Shown piece after piece: positions 1 to 10,789 of a stretch of DNA of 64,000 bases (the stretch's first letter is position 1; each line of letters begins with the position of its first letter). The DNA comes from Ranitomeya imitator (taxonomy: Eukaryota). The translations under genes were made by a program, and so were the position numbers. The DNA lies in contig NC_091288.1 of the NCBI RefSeq assembly GCF_032444005.1, positions 8,804,001 through 8,868,000 of the forward strand. The letters are read 5' to 3'. The notes under the pieces are model-generated. The model ran no database searches. It saw only the letters and a program-made list of their open reading frames with translations, and was not told the origin of the DNA.

Positions 1-994
1 TCGGACGTATTTCTTGCATGTGTGATCCCGGCCATAGTTCCATGTGCGGCATCTTCCTCTACCTGGGAAGGGTCTATAGTTCTGTTCATCCAGAGCCTGC
101 TGATTCCTGAACAGAACTGCAGCGATGTCTGACCCAGACAGGAGGAGAGGCGGCTCTGTGTGTTCTCATAGTGAACCACAACAGTCCATTGGAGACGAAG
201 CGGAGCGTCTCAGGTCCGATATTGAGCGTTACCTTTCTGTCATCTGAAGATTTTCCTGAACGTCCTTCATATACGAGACCCCGAGGCGACGTTAATATTT
301 CTTGCTGAGCTGTGGAGATGACGTCTCTAAATATAGCAGATTAATGTGTGTTATAGGACATTGCCGCCCCGGGCGAGGCGTCCGAGTGATGGAATCCGGC
401 CTTACCGGCTGCCGTGTTAACCCCGCCACTGCTGCACTCTATAGAGCAACTGGTGGTGTAAGGGTTAAGATTGAAATGCCGATAAATGAAGAGGCAGAAA
501 TGACCCACACTGTATAGGGGGACGTCAGCACCACTTATTGTCCATGGTTGTGCCGCAGGTGTAATGCCACACATGACCTGTGGACAGTGGTGGCGCTGTG
601 CTTAGGAGAAAGCAGCCTTGTTTGTCTTATTCTGAATGAACCCTTTACGGGGGTGAGATATGATCTGATACATGAACATCTGAACTGGGCCGTAGTGGTG
701 GTCCCAGAACGAAGGGGGCGTCTGAACGGGCCCCAATCTTAGCACCACTGAGAACGTGATCTACAGCGCGGGGTCTCAAAACCAGGGACTTCTGGCAATC
801 CTGCACTGGGGCCGCCACATTGTCATGGATTATCTCCAAAGACCCAGCGGCGGACACAGAAGGGCCCCTGAGCAAAACAATATTTGGGCCCTGTGCAGCT
901 CAATAATGTGTATGTGACAGAAGCTGCTTACTAATTGGGAGGCGGACGTGGCCCCTCACCTCTTGGGCCCCTGTGCACCGATGCTATGTCCCCT

Positions 995-1694
995 CCTGCA
1001 CAGACCCCACCTCTTGGGCCCCTGCACAGACCCCACCTCTTGGGCCCCTGCACAGACCCCACCTCTTGGGCCCCTGCACAGACCCCACCTCTTGGGCCCC
1101 TGCACAGACCCCACCTCTTGGGCCCCTGCACAGACCCCACCTCTTGGGCCCCTGCACAGACCCCACCTCTTGGGCCCCTGCACAGACCCCACCTCTTGGG
1201 CCCCTGCACAGACCCCACCTCTTGGGCCCCTGCACAGACCCCACCTCTTGGGTCCCTGCACAGACCCCACCTCTTGGGCCCCTGCACAGACCCCACCTCT
1301 TGGGCCCCTGCACAGACCCCACCTCTTGGGTCCCTGCACAGACCCCACCTCTTGGGCCCCTGCACAGACCCCACCTCTTGGGCCCCTGCACAGACCCCAA
1401 CTCTTGGGCCCCTGCACAGACCCCACCTCTTGGGCCCCTGCACAGACCCCACCTCTTGGGCCCCTGCACAGACCCCACCTCTTGGGTCCCTGCACAGACC
1501 CCAACTCTTGGGCCCCTGCACAGACCCCACCTCTTGGGCCCCTGCACAGACCCCACCTCTTGGGCCCCTGCACAGACCCCACCTCTTGGGCCCCTGCACA
1601 GACCCCACCTCTTGGGCCCCTGCACAGACCCCACCTCTTGGGCCCCTGCACAGACCCCACCTCTTGGGCCCCTGCACAGACCCCACCTCTTGGG
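995..1694. repeat. Minisatellite, 26-bp unit (cctgcacagaccccacctcttgggcc), ~27 copies
   Basis: Unit read directly. It explains the six overlapping ORFs with 26-aa periodicity. Confidence 0.97.
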
Positions 1695-1867
1695 TGACAG
1701 TCCTGACATCTCCCTCCTGTCTGGACAGTTTGTTAGTCCCCGTCACATGTCCGTGTTTCCAGTATTTATTTTTTTCATAGATGCCTCACGTACCCATTAT
1801 AACCTATGGTGACCTTCTTATGTCTGTGCGAACCACATGGATACGTCCATTTTTTCCAGCAGCCTTA

Positions 1868-2060
1868 GGCTGCGGTCACACGATCAGTATTTGGTCAGGA
1901 TTTTTCATCAGTATTTGTAGCCAAAACCAGGAGTGGGTGATAAATGCAGAAGTGGTGAATATGTTTCTATTATACTTTTCCTCTAATTGTTCCACTCCTG
2001 GTTTTGGCTACAAATACTGATGTAAAATACTGACCACATACTGAACGTGTGATGGCAGCC
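1868..2060. mobile_element. PIF/Harbinger-type MITE (~190 bp)
   Basis: TIRs GGCTGCGGTCACACG / GGCTGCCATCACACG (reverse complement), with TTA on both flanks (1865-1867 and 2061-2063), the 3-bp TWA duplication typical of Harbinger. Confidence 0.75.
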
Positions 2061-2233
2061 TTACTGACAAGGGCCAATACAAGTCTATGGGTCCATGTAA
2101 AACACGCACAGCACGGGGGCGACATCCGTGTACGATCCATGAGCTGCACACATTCAACATTGGAAAGTATAGGAGAAGCTTTGTTATTTTGGTTTTTTTT
2201 TTTATCCATACTGAAAAACACCGGTGACAGACA

Positions 2234-3575
2234 GGTGGGAAACACGGGTGGGAGACACAGATGGGAGACACTGGTGGGAGACGCTGGTAGGAAACACTGG
2301 TGGGAGACACAGATGGGAGACGCTGGTGGGAGACGCTGGTGGGAGACGCTGGTAGGAAACACTGGTGGGAGACACAGATGGGAGACACTGGTGGGAGACG
2401 CTGGTAGGAAACACTGGTGGGAGACACAGATGGGAGACGCTGGTGGGAGACGCTGGTAGGAAACACTGGTGGGAGACACAGATGGGAGACACTGGTGGGA
2501 GACGCTGGTAGGAAACAGTGGTGGGAGACACAGATGGGAGACACTGGTGGGAGACGCTGGTAGGAAACACTGGTGGGAGACACAGATGGGAGACACTGGT
2601 GGGAGACGCTGGTAGGAAACACTGGTGGGAGACACAGATGGGAGACACTGGTGGGAGACGCTGGTAGGAAACACTGGTGGGAGACACAGATGGGAGACGC
2701 TGGTGGGAGACGCTGGTAGGAAACAGTGGTGGGAGACACAGATGGGAGACACTGGTGGGAGACGCTGGTAGGAAACAGTGGTGGGAGACGCTGGTAGGAA
2801 ACACTGGTGGGAGACACAGATGGGAGACGCTGGTGGGAGACGCTGGTGGGAGACGCTGGTAGGAAACACTGGTGGGAGACACAGATGGGAGACGCTGGTG
2901 GGAGACGCTGGTAGGAAACAGTGGTGGGAGACACTGGTGGGAGACACTGGTGGGAGACGCTGGTAGGAAACACTGGTGGGAGACACTGGTGGGAGACACA
3001 GATGGGAGACGCTGGTAGGAAACACTGGTAGGAAACACTGGTGGGAGACACTGGTGGGAGACGCTGGTAGGAAACACTGGTGGGAGACACAGATGGGAGA
3101 CGCTGGTGGGAGACGCTGGTAGGAAACAGTGGTGGGAGACACTGGTGGGAGACGCTGGTAGGAAACACTGGTGGGAGACACAGATGGGAGACGCTGGTGG
3201 GAGACGCTGGTGGGAGACGCTGGTAGGAAACACTGGTGGGAGACACAGATGGGAGACACAGATGGGAGACGCTGGTAGGAAACACTGGTGGGAGACACAG
3301 ATGGGAGACGCTGGTGGGAGACGCTGGTGGGAGACGCTGGTAGGAAACACTGGTGGGAGACACAGATGGGAGACACAGATGGGAGACGCTGGTAGGAAAC
3401 ACTGGTGGGAGACACAGATGGGAGACACTGGTGGGAGACGCTGGTAGGAAACAGTGGTGGGAGACACAGATGGGAGACACTGGTGGGAGACGCTGGTGGG
3501 AGACACAGATGGGAGACGCTGGTGGGAGACGCTGGTAGGAAACACTGGTGGGAGACACAGATGGGAGACGCTGGT
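2234..3575. repeat. Minisatellite of 13-bp variant subunits (ggtgggagacaca / gatgggagacrct / ggtgggagacgct / ggtaggaaacact), ~100 subunits
   Basis: Read directly. The subunits often form a 52-bp tetramer. Confidence 0.95.
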
Positions 3576-3841
3576 GACACGGCATCGTTTTTTCACATTC
3601 GTGTCTTACATGGATGTGTGAAGACGGCCTTTCAGAGTATCTGAGGAATGGATGTAATTGTAGCAGCCCCTCTGCTGTGAGCAGGACTGGGCATACAGCA
3701 GACACTGTCCTCAGTGAGCTGAGATCTTCCAGATGATAAGAAATTAAAACAAAGTATATTTGACATTTCTATAACTTCTCCTACCAGGAAGCCGCACTAA
3801 GAAAACCAGAGCGGCCGATGGCGACATTGTGAAACTGCCGA

Positions 3842-3847
3842 TTTATT
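3842..3847 (-). promoter_or_regulatory. Polyadenylation signal AATAAA of FReD-A
   Basis: tttatt on the + strand, ~86 nt past the stop. A second AATAAA overlaps the stop codon (3933-3928). Confidence 0.6.
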
Positions 3848-3932
3848 GTTACATTGCTGTGATCACATGGAATCAGGGGAGATCCGGGGCGACATTTCTG
3901 CCGTGGGGGCTCATACGTGGGGGCAGATTTAT

Positions 3933-4606
3933 TTAGTTCTGGCTGTAGTGATTGGGGTAGTACTCCCCTGCTCCGGGCAGCGGTTCGGGGGAGCAGTTCT
4001 TCCTGCTCCGGCTCTTGTCACACAGACCCCCCCAGTATATGGCGCCGTCAGTATTGAGCAGAGCGGAGTGGCAGCTGTCGAACCACCACCCTCCTCCATA
4101 GGCCTCTGCGCAGTTCTTGCTCCAGCGGTCGTGGTCTCTGTCTGTGGTGGAGAACTTCATGTTGTCATGGGTCCCCGTCTCATTCATGGTGGTCATGGCG
4201 TCCCCCGCGGTCCCAGAGTAGTCCCCCAACCTCAGGCTGTAGTCGTTCCCCTCACTGTCCACCCTGAAGCTAGAATAGTCTGCATGATATTTGTTACCCT
4301 GACCGTCGACCAGCAGGATCCTGACCGTGAAGGGGCTGTGCTTGGTAAGGTGGTGGATCAGGTCATTGCCCAACCAGTGGTCCCCAGTCAGATCACCAAA
4401 GCCATTTCTGTACTGGCCCCAGTTATGAGACCCAAAAGACATGGAGTCCTGCAGTGAGTTCCTCTGCAGGAAGGTCCAGCCAGCCCCCTCCGGACTCAGG
4501 TCACAGTACGCCACCATTGGAGGGGAGGCCTTAGGCCACAGCACATACAGCCCACTGGTCCTTCTCATGTTCAGATAAGCCGCTCTGCAATCTTTGGCCA
4601 CAAGTT
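3933..4606 (-). CDS. FReD-A terminal coding exon: complete fibrinogen C-terminal (FReD) domain of a secreted fibrinogen-related protein
   Basis: Acceptor ttttttttag at 4608-4607. The phase-1 join G+AA gives ..FRG-E-LVAKDC. FReD motifs present: KDC, GWTFLQR, YRNGFG, HWLGND, AGDAM, MKFSTTDRDHD, NCA..GGGWWFDSCH..LN. Stop TAA at 3935-3933. Confidence 0.93.
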
Positions 4607-5746
4607 CTAAAAAAAGATTAAAGATAAGTTATAAAGGGTTAAATACACAAAAATCAGTCACTTTATGCTCCATTCACACAACCACGTGAGGCTACGGTCA
4701 CACCGCCATGTTTTCAATTCGAGCGGTGACCGTGAAAAATGGGTCTATATGTGCAGAAACCGAGGATCGCCCCTCGTACGGACCACCCGCCCAGCATGCG
4801 ATATTGACAGATAGGCCGGGGTCCTATGAGTGTATGGCACGGGATGAGAGAGGTGATGACCCCCGGCTCCGCTGCGAGCGTCCGCGCTCCGTTATCTCAC
4901 GTGACAGGATCGGAGGAGACAAGGTCATGTCTCCATCGCCGGCGGCCATTGCACTGCACTGAGGTGATATCACACGGATCCATAGACTTACATGGGTGCG
5001 TGCTGCCGAATAATGGCCGATTAGAGAAACACTGGGGCGAGTGCAGTCCGACCTGTCACCTGATTGCAGCGCACAGGACTGAGCCGGACGAGAAAACTGG
5101 AGGAAAACAAGCAGCTTGTACTCGCTCCAGCCCAAAGGCAATGAATCCGTTTTTCGTCCTTGTTGTTTCCGTTCTTTCTCCCCAGAGCACGACGCGTCTT
5201 CAGTGCGTCATTTATGTGGATCGCCATAGACTTTAATGGCCAAGTCTGAACAGCAAAATGGATGAGACCAGGACGAGCTGCGAGTCTCACGGAGCCGATG
5301 TGTGTATGAATCCATGAAGCCCTGTGGGTCCGAGAAGAAAACGGACAGTGCCGGGACGTGCCAGCGCGGCCTCGGGGAGTGTTCACACATGGCGGTTTTC
5401 ACGCATTCTATGTGGTCAGTAAATAGTCATCGCTCTGCAGAATCACCGTAATAATAGTGGCATTTCTGAACTCATGTACACACACTGCGTTTTTTTCCAT
5501 GTGTATTTTCAGTCCGCATGTATTGCAGAGCTTTTAACCCTTTAAAAATGAATAAGTGAAAAATGCAAAAAAATAACTAAAAACACCATTTGTATTGTGC
5601 GCAGCAGCTTTTCCAGCTGCTCCTAGATGCAGTGGGAGCTCAGTGGACAGTTGTGTGGTCAGAGCGGAGCTGTTACATCATGCTGTCAAGTTGGTGACTG
5701 CAGCTTTGGAGGTGACTGGAGCATCAGACACAATCAGTCCACATAA

Positions 5747-6378
5747 GGCTGCGTGCCCGCGATCAGGAGAAGCAGTGTCTTGGACGCAGCGTCTTTGCGC
5801 TTTCTAATCGCGCAGTTAATTCTGCATGTTCTTAGTGACCTGCGCGGCGTCACCGCATGTAATGAACGGCTCTGGGGGACTCTACAGAAATGCTGCGGCT
5901 TGTAGTCCGCCCCGCGGGGGGGTGTACGCAGCGCAAAACACAAGCACAGCGGGCCGGAGATTCCTACACGTCCCATCCACTGAGCTTGTAATGTAGAACG
6001 CAGCGTTTGGAAGCAGCGCAAATGTTTCTCTGCAACTTTTCAGCTGGTTTTTACAGTACAGCAAAGTCTGAGATTTCAGGAATCTCCAGCACGTTGGGGT
6101 TTTGTGCTTTGCATTGAAAGTGATGGATGGTGAAAAAGGTGGATCAGGTTTTGCTGCGTTTTTTGAAGTAGAAGATGATTTTTTTTTCACTAAACTTTAT
6201 CAGCATGCAGGATAGACAAATGTAGCATGGCAAAAATGCAGCAAAAAATGCACAAAAATTCAGCAAAAAAAAAATGCAAGAAAAACGAAGCAAAACCTGC
6301 TTTTTTCTGCAGCTTCTTTTTACTCTCAAGAAAGTAGGTTTTACTGCAAAAAAAAAACCACCACATGCGAACATAGCC
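5747..6378. mobile_element. Degenerate Harbinger-type MITE in FReD-A intron
   Basis: Ends GGCTGCGTGCCCGCG / GGCTATGTTCGCATG (rc). Flanks are TAA and TGA (one mismatch). Internal tgc/aaaa-rich tracts resemble the other MITEs in the window. Confidence 0.5.
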
Positions 6379-6739
6379 TGAGGGTAAGTGTTTTAGAAGT
6401 GCACACACCCCTTAAGACATGCCGCCGCCGCCTCTTTATCGTCTTCTTTTTCGCTTTTTGCATTTTCCGGCATTTTTTTACTTTACGTATAATATAAACT
6501 GGGTCCAAGCAGAAGACGCCTGAAGAGCGGACCGGTCACGTCTTTAACCATTTAACGTCTTGGAAATCTGAGGTGGTGAAAAGAAGCTCCAAAGCCTGAC
6601 CGTGTGAACAGCGAGTCGTTTCTATAGAAATTCTTTGCAGCATTTATTCCTGCCGGTTATGGACCGTGTGTCGGCACGTACCGCTCTCCCATCACCCTGT
6701 ATATGGCCCTACTGTCAATGGCGACAGGATGGGACTCAC

Positions 6740-6917
6740 CTCGGAACACCCCGGCCGCCGGCACATTGTGCAGCTGCTGCAGCTGTGCGTGGCTCAGCAC
6801 GTGTCTGTTAGCGAGCTGGGAATATAAATCTGCCCGGGACACGAAGGTGAAAGCTTCACATCTCACAAGGGTCCAGGTGAAGAGGACGCACAGGACAAAG
6901 GGCCACCGAGGAGTCAT
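6740..6917 (-). CDS. FReD-A signal-peptide exon (MTPRWPFVLCVLFTWTLVRCEA-FTF...GVFR)
   Basis: Hydrophobic signal peptide with a C-E-A cleavage site. Donor G|GTGAGT at 6739. Phase 1 matches the acceptor at 4606. Preceded by the acceptor gttttgtgtttcctcag|G at 6920-6919. Confidence 0.88.
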
Positions 6918-7003
6918 CCTGAGGAAACACAAAACAGGGAATCATTGGAACATCCTTGTTCACACCCAGAGGCTGAAAACCTATCCAGACCCAATGACTA
7001 CAA

Positions 7004-7171
7004 CAGCTGAGGGTTTGCTACAATTATATCCAGTGTGGATAATGTGCAGCACAACTGGCCCTGTGCTAATAGAGTGTTACAATGTATCCATGGTGGTGAA
7101 ATGGAGCAGCTTGGAGTGGAGCTCACAGAGCATTGCCGAAAGTGGATACAACTGTAGCAAACGCCCAGCTG
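7004..7171. mobile_element. Small inverted-repeat (MITE-like) element
   Basis: 29-bp arms at 7004-7032 and 7143-7171 are complementary with 4 mismatches. Related cagctgagggtttg sequence occurs near 14133. Confidence 0.55.
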
Positions 7172-7187
7172 TAAGCTATGATAGTCT

Positions 7188-8738
7188 GTTTCTAGACCCC
7201 GACCACGGTGCGTTTCTAGACCCCGACCACGGTGCGTTTCTAGACCCTGACCACTGTGCGTTTCTAGACTCCGACCACTGTGCGTTTCTAGACCCCGACC
7301 ACGGTGCGTTTCTAGACCCTGACCACTGTGCGTTTCTAGACCCCGACCACGGTGCGTTTCTAGACCCTGACCACTGTGCGTTTCTAGACTCCGACCACTG
7401 TGCGTTTCTAGACCCCGACCACGGTGCGTTTCTAGACCCTGACCACTGTGCGTTTCTAGACCCCGACCACGGTGCGTTTCTAGACTCCGACCACTGTGCG
7501 TTTCTAGACCCCGACCACTGTGCGTTTCTAGACCCCGACCACTGTGCGTTTCTAGACCCCGACCACTGTGCGTTTCTAGACCCCGACCACTGTGCGTTTC
7601 TAGACCCCGACCACTGTGCGTTTCTAGACCCCGACCACGGTGCGTTTCTAGACCCCGACCACGGTGCGTTTCTAGACCCCGACCACGGTGCGTTTCTAGA
7701 CCCCGACCACGGTGCGTTTCTAGACCCCGACCACGGTGCGTTTCTAGACCCCGACCACGGTGCGTTTCTAGACCCCGACCACGGTGCGTTTCTAGACCCC
7801 GACCACGGTGCGTTTCTAGACCCCGACCACGGTGCGTTTCTAGACCCCGACCACGGTGCGTTTCTAGACCCCGACCACGGTGCGTTTCTAGACCCCGACC
7901 ACTGTGCATTTCTAGACTCCGAGCACTGTGCTTTTCTAGACTCCGATCATGGTGCGTTTCTAGACCCCGACCACTGTGTGTTTCTAGACCCCGATCATGG
8001 TGTGTTTCTAGACCCCGACCACTGTGCGTTTGTAGACCCCGATCATGGTGTGTTTCTAGACCCCGACCACTGTGCGTTTCTAGACCCCGATCATGGTGTG
8101 TTTCTAGACCCCGACCACTGTGCGTTTCTAGACCCCGACCACTGCGTGATTCTAGACCCCGACCACTACGTTTCTAGACCCCCGACCGCTGTGCGTTTCT
8201 AGACCCCGACCATGGTGCGTTTCTAGACCCCGACCATGGTGCGTTTCTAGACCCCGACCACGGTGCGTTTCTAGACCCCGACCGCTGTGCGTTTCTAGAC
8301 CCCGACCGCTGTGCGTTTCTAGACCCTGACCACTGCGTTTCTAGACCCTGACCACTGCGTTTCTAGACCCTGACCACTGCGTTTCTAGACCCTGACCACT
8401 GCGTTTCTAGACCCTGACCACTGCGTTTCTAGACCCCGACCACGGTGCGTTTCTAGACCCCGACCACTGTGCGTTTCTAGACCCTGACCACTGCGTTTCT
8501 AGACCCCGACCACTGCGTTTCTAGACCCTGACCACTGCGTTTCTAGACCCTGACCACTGCGTTTCTAGACCCCGACCACGGTGCGTTTCTAGACCCCGAC
8601 CACTGTGCGTTTCTAGACCCCGACCACTGTGCGTTTCTAGACCCCGACCACGGTGCGTTTCTAGACCCCGACCACTGTGCGTTTCTAGACCCTGACCACT
8701 GCGTTTCTAGACCCTGACCACTACGTTTCTAGACCCCC
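7188..8738. repeat. Minisatellite, 24-bp unit (gaccacggtgcgtttctagacccc), ~65 copies, in FReD-A intron 1
   Basis: Read directly. 22-23 bp deletion variants accumulate after ~8150. Confidence 0.97.
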
Positions 8739-9127
8739 CTTACCCGCGCAGTTTTGTCCTACAACATTTGTGTTATTATGTTTGAAACTTCAATATTTTT
8801 GCACTTAAAAATTATGAATGAAATCTTCACTAAAAATGTGTTAATAAATAAAACCGCAATAATCAGAGCAGATTGGTGTTTGCAGAAAACCATAGGGGAA
8901 AAACAGCATTTTCGCTCCTGGAGAATTTTTGAAGTCGGCGTTGTTTGTTGCTGCTATTTGCCGCACGATTAACTTTTCTCCAGTTCTACTGAGTTTACGA
9001 GTTTTTAAAAAGTTCTAATTCCTAAATGTGGCCCAGACGTCTGTCCGCAGCTCACCGGGCCACATTGCCATATATCGTACATCTACCCCACCAATGCCCA
9101 TGGATCTCCTCCCTGGGGGGCACTTAC

Positions 9128-9175
9128 ATTGGGACCACAGGCACCTGCTCCTCGCAGCGTCTCCGGGGCCGCACT
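9128..9175 (-). other. Probable first (5') exon of FReD-A
   Basis: TATAAAA at 9207-9201 on the - strand, then ~48 nt, then the canonical donor AAT|GTAAGT at 9127. Splicing to 6918 creates an in-frame ATG-ATG. The start coordinate is estimated from TATA spacing. Confidence 0.6.
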
Positions 9176-9200
9176 GCGCTCATATGAAGCTCCTGGGATA

Positions 9201-9207
9201 TTTTATA
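9201..9207 (-). promoter_or_regulatory. TATA box of FReD-A (TATAAAA)
   Basis: ttttata on the + strand, ~75 nt upstream of a consensus donor. Confidence 0.55.
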
Positions 9208-9694
9208 GGTCAGTAAAATCCCGGAGATGTTTGTGAGCAGAGTTTATGATAAATGAAATATATCAAATTCTCCCCACGTGCCCGGGCGACCGGACTCCAG
9301 CTGGCATCATAAAGCGGGCACTGGCAATAAAGGAAGCGGCTTCCTCCTCGTCAGATCATCGGGAAGACTAGTTAACCTTTTCAGATCTGTCCAGAATAAG
9401 GGGATGTTCAAGCCCCGAAAACCCTGAAATATCTGCACCCCTGGCATCTTATAAGAAACTGATACAAAGTAGCAATTCAGAACGTGTGCCCCATCCCCCA
9501 CAACACAGGCGGACTTACTATCGGTGCAATCTGTGCAGCCACACGGGGCCCAAAGGGTAAAGGGGCCACTAGCACCTCCAAAGCAGGTGGGATTGTGCAT
9601 TATGGGCTGTCTGTCATATATTATTCTGCACAGGGGCCCTGCTGTCTGTGCACCAAGGAAACATCAAGTGCAAGTTGTAATGTAGTACGAAAAT

Positions 9695-10300
9695 GGATCG
9701 GCACAGACGTAAAAAACGGACACATGGATCGTGCACAGACGTAAACAACAGACACAGATCGCACACAGACGAAAAAACGGACACACGGATCACACGCAGA
9801 TATAAAAACCGGACACATGGATCACACACAGATATAAAAAACGGACACATGGATCGAGCACAGACGTAAACAACAGACACGGATCGCACACAGATGAAAA
9901 AACGGACACATGTATCATGCACAGATGTAAAAAAATGGACACAGATCACGTACAGACGTAAAAAAAATGGACACATGGATCGAGCACAGACGTAAAAAAC
10001 GGACACATGTATCACGCACAGATATAAAAAACGGACGCATGGATCGCGCACATACGTAAAAAACGGACACATGTATCACGCACAGACGTAAAAAAATGGA
10101 CACATGGATCGAGCACAGACGTAAAAAACGGACACATGGATCACGCACAGATATAAAAAACGGACACATGGATCACACACAGATATAAAAAACAGACACA
10201 TGGATCACGCACAGACGTAAAAAATGGACACATGGATCGAGCACAGACGTAAAAAACGGACACATGGATCACGCACAGATATAAAAAACAGACACATGGA
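9695..10300. repeat. Minisatellite, ~32-bp unit (gcacagacgtaaaaaacggacacatggatcga), ~19 copies
   Basis: Read directly. Confidence 0.93.
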
Positions 10301-10789
10301 TACCAATCTGATGAAATTAGGAAAATAGTGGTCCCAGTTTTCTGAAGACGATTTTTCATTCGCTTGTCTGCAGGCGCCCGTCTACTCAGACACCAATCTG
10401 CATCAGCAGAGCTGCAGTGTAAAGTATAGAAGTGCGGGGCGACCAGTAGTCTGAGCAACTGGTGAAACAGATTAATTCCAGGCAGCAGAGACTCCAGCCA
10501 ATAATGCAGCTAAGCTGGAGTCACTGGACGTAACATGGGTGAGCATTACAGAGCAGAGCTGCAGTGTAAAGCATTAGGGTGCAACAGAATAGAAGGTTTT
10601 ACCTCCAACTATACAAAAGACAGATTCAAACTGAGACTCCAATAGATAATGCAGCTAAGTTCCATGTCACAGAGCAAAACTGCAGTGTAAAGTATGGAAA
10701 AGAAACAGAACAAGTGTCTGAGCCTCTGATGAAACAGCAGACACATTTTATGCTTCCTCAGACTCTGGCGTCTGACAGCTGAAGTTACT

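Noticed and set aside
931-3705. Long ORFs of 234-565 aa in many frames
   Set aside because: Translations of the 26-bp and 13-bp minisatellites; periodic, with no domain or splice support.
3846-4457. 203-aa + strand ORF
   Set aside because: Antisense shadow of the GC-rich FReD-A exon.
6703-8202. 499-aa ORF with FLDPDHGA repeats resembling an acidic or Ca-binding repeat protein
   Set aside because: Arises from the 24-bp array, antisense within FReD-A; the frame breaks at deletion units.
8830-9340. HNF1-, GATA- and CDX-like motifs near the FReD-A promoter suggesting gut or liver expression
   Set aside because: Short AT-rich motifs occur often by chance; not supportable without conservation or expression data.
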